Below the pieces are notes generated by a model that did not search any database, was not told where the DNA came from, and saw only the letters and a program-made list of their open reading frames with translations. A stretch of DNA of 8,880 nucleotides from Octopus sinensis (lineage: Eukaryota), in the NCBI RefSeq assembly GCF_006345805.1, contig NW_021828280.1, forward strand, positions 1 to 8,880, read 5' to 3'. A program made the position numbers and the translations under genes. The stretch's first letter is position 1. Each line of letters opens with the position of its first letter. Below, piece after piece: positions 6,998-8,880 of this stretch.

Positions 6998-7846
6998 GCA
7001 GATTTGTATGTTTTATGTCTGTATCTTCATGCACATAGTTGCATATCTAGACATGCTCATATATATTTAAATGACAAACTTCTGGAAAGTTTTACAGATT
7101 TTAACAGTTCCAGTGCCAGATTGGATCTGTAACCTTCGAATTAGCTTTCACCTTTCTGGTTCTGAGAACCTTAATTTCTCAAGATTTGTAGTTAGGCAGT
7201 GTGTTCCATATTCCAGGGTCCTAATAATTACAGGTATAAACCTGAACTTGTAATCTGGATAGAGTAACTACAGATTTCTCAATAGTTCAGCATAGATGTT
7301 CTCTTTTTCACTTTATGTTAACATCCGCTGGCCAGCTAATTTCTACAACTGTGCACAGTTTCTCTTCTCTATCTCAAACCATTATATCAGGTCTGTTGTG
7401 ATTACATTTTATTGAGGTCTTCACTGGTACAATCCACCAGTATTCATTTTTATCATGAGTGGCTATGGCTTCTATTATATTGTGGGTTCTTATTTCTTTG
7501 TCCTCGGGTTTATCCTTCCGACGGATAACATTATAGACTATCTTAGCTACAACATCATGTCTCATCGGTAGATAAAACCGTAATGACATTTTCGGACAAC
7601 TGCTTATGACATACGTCATATCTTCAGTGTGAACTCCACAAAGTCTTCATCGATTGTCACATTTTATGGATTTTCTTGCATCTCTATCTCTTTTGTGCAT
7701 CAAGCACTTGGTTGATATTTCCTGTTCCTGTATTGCAAACGCATACCATTCTAAGTGGGCGGTAGTAATCCGGCTATTCGTCTACGATAAACTGCTTTTA
7801 TGATCGATGTTACTATCATCACGGAGCTTTCTACTGACATATCCAT
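6998..7846 (-). mobile_element. 5'-truncated, decayed R4/Dong-type non-LTR retrotransposon (zinc knuckle plus restriction-like endonuclease)
   Basis: Manual minus-strand translation: HGYVSRKL...IDHKSSLS*...EWYAFAIQEQEISTK...R*RLCGVHTEDMTYVISSCPKM...MRHDVVA...HNRPDIMV*DREEKLCTVVEIS...KENIY...FIPVII...KTFQKFVI* (stop 7069-7067). This gives a CCHC remnant, RHD and the PD-(D/E)xK RLE motifs, with several stops and a frameshift, followed by a ~70-nt 3' UTR. Confidence 0.9.
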
Positions 7847-7928
7847 GTATGTATGTATGTATGTATGTATGTATGTATGTATGTATGTATGTATGTATGT
7901 ATGTATGTATGTATGTATTATGTATGTA
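7845..7928. repeat. (TATG)n = (TACA)n on minus strand, at the 5' side of the RLE retrotransposon
   Basis: Directly visible. Confidence 0.97.
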
Positions 7929-8211
7929 TATAGGTATAAACAGAAATGAGGTTAGGAAAATCGTGTGTATTTGAACAAGGCAAACGAAGTGTGTATATAA
8001 CATAAAAAAAATTCTAGATTTACTAAGATTATCCCAGCTTCCAGAGATGTCAGATTAATCACTTGGTGGCAAATGAAACGAACTCCAAACGAGAAGGGGA
8101 GATAACTTCAAAAACAAAGAATTTTCGAAATATTGAGGTGCTATTACGGCAAGACAGTCTATCTAGAAATAAAAGTACAGCCCCAGAAACTTCTTTCTAC
8201 CTCAGTAAGAA

Positions 8212-8212
<1 letters not shown>

Positions 8213-8279
<67 letters not shown>

Positions 8280-8311
8280 ATGTGTTTGTGTGTGTATGTG
8301 TGTGTGTGTGT
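8213..8311. repeat. (TATC)n followed by (TG)n microsatellite
   Basis: Directly visible. Confidence 0.96.
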
Positions 8312-8542
8312 CCTAAAATCTACCTAACCGTGTTATTTTATGTACGAGTACATGAATACCCACCTAAATGTATTTAAATGGTCTTCGCAATACAGATGCA
8401 CTTTATTGAAATGGCACCGAGAAAGCTTTAATATGCCATGCTCGAACTTAGCTCTGATTGCGCGCATAGTTTGAGCAGAAACAGCTGTTAGCTAATTAAA
8501 AATGATTGCGTAACGCCTGTTTTTTTTGTCATTCCTTAACTG

Positions 8543-8597
8543 ATACACACACGCATACGCAAACACACACACGCACACACATGTATATACACACACA
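8543..8597. repeat. Degenerate (CA)n tract
   Basis: Directly visible. Confidence 0.8.
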
Positions 8598-8793
8598 ACC
8601 TCCACCACCACATATATCTGTGCATGTATAAACCGAGAAGAGACGATTACAAAATAAAATTTGCATACCTACCAGCTAAACTCTTAATTTTATTTGACAT
8701 AAATAATAGGAAAATCTAAAGGCACAAAGACCCAGAGGCAGACAAAATACCTTATTATATAAGACACGTATTGCTTGAAAGTTTGGCATTTTC

Positions 8794-8820
8794 TATATAT
8801 ATATATATATATATATATAT
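8794..8820. repeat. (TA)n microsatellite
   Basis: Directly visible. Confidence 0.95.
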
Positions 8821-8880
8821 CGCTATTGTATTTTTAGGTGTTTAATTTTATTTTATAAAATTTTATGAATTGTAAAAAAA

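Overview
AT-rich, microsatellite-dense eukaryotic non-coding DNA. The SINE and microsatellite make-up looks like a coleoid cephalopod (Octopus-like); this is my recognition and is not verified. There is no intact gene, and most ORFs in the track are microsatellite translations. Transposon content: three tRNA-derived SINE loci (one a headless tandem of 183-184-bp units), the 3' end of an RTE-type LINE, an internally deleted mellifera-type mariner with TIRs and TA duplication, and a 5'-truncated R4/Dong-type RLE retrotransposon between two (TACA)n arrays. Signals the ORF track misses: a degenerate minimal hammerhead ribozyme (2441-2525, - strand), a ~180-nt block of back-to-back hairpins (3727-3904), and a candidate 106-bp coding exon (2083-2188, +) flanked by inverted SINEs. 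I found no demonstrably new system; the structured block and the hammerhead are the best leads.
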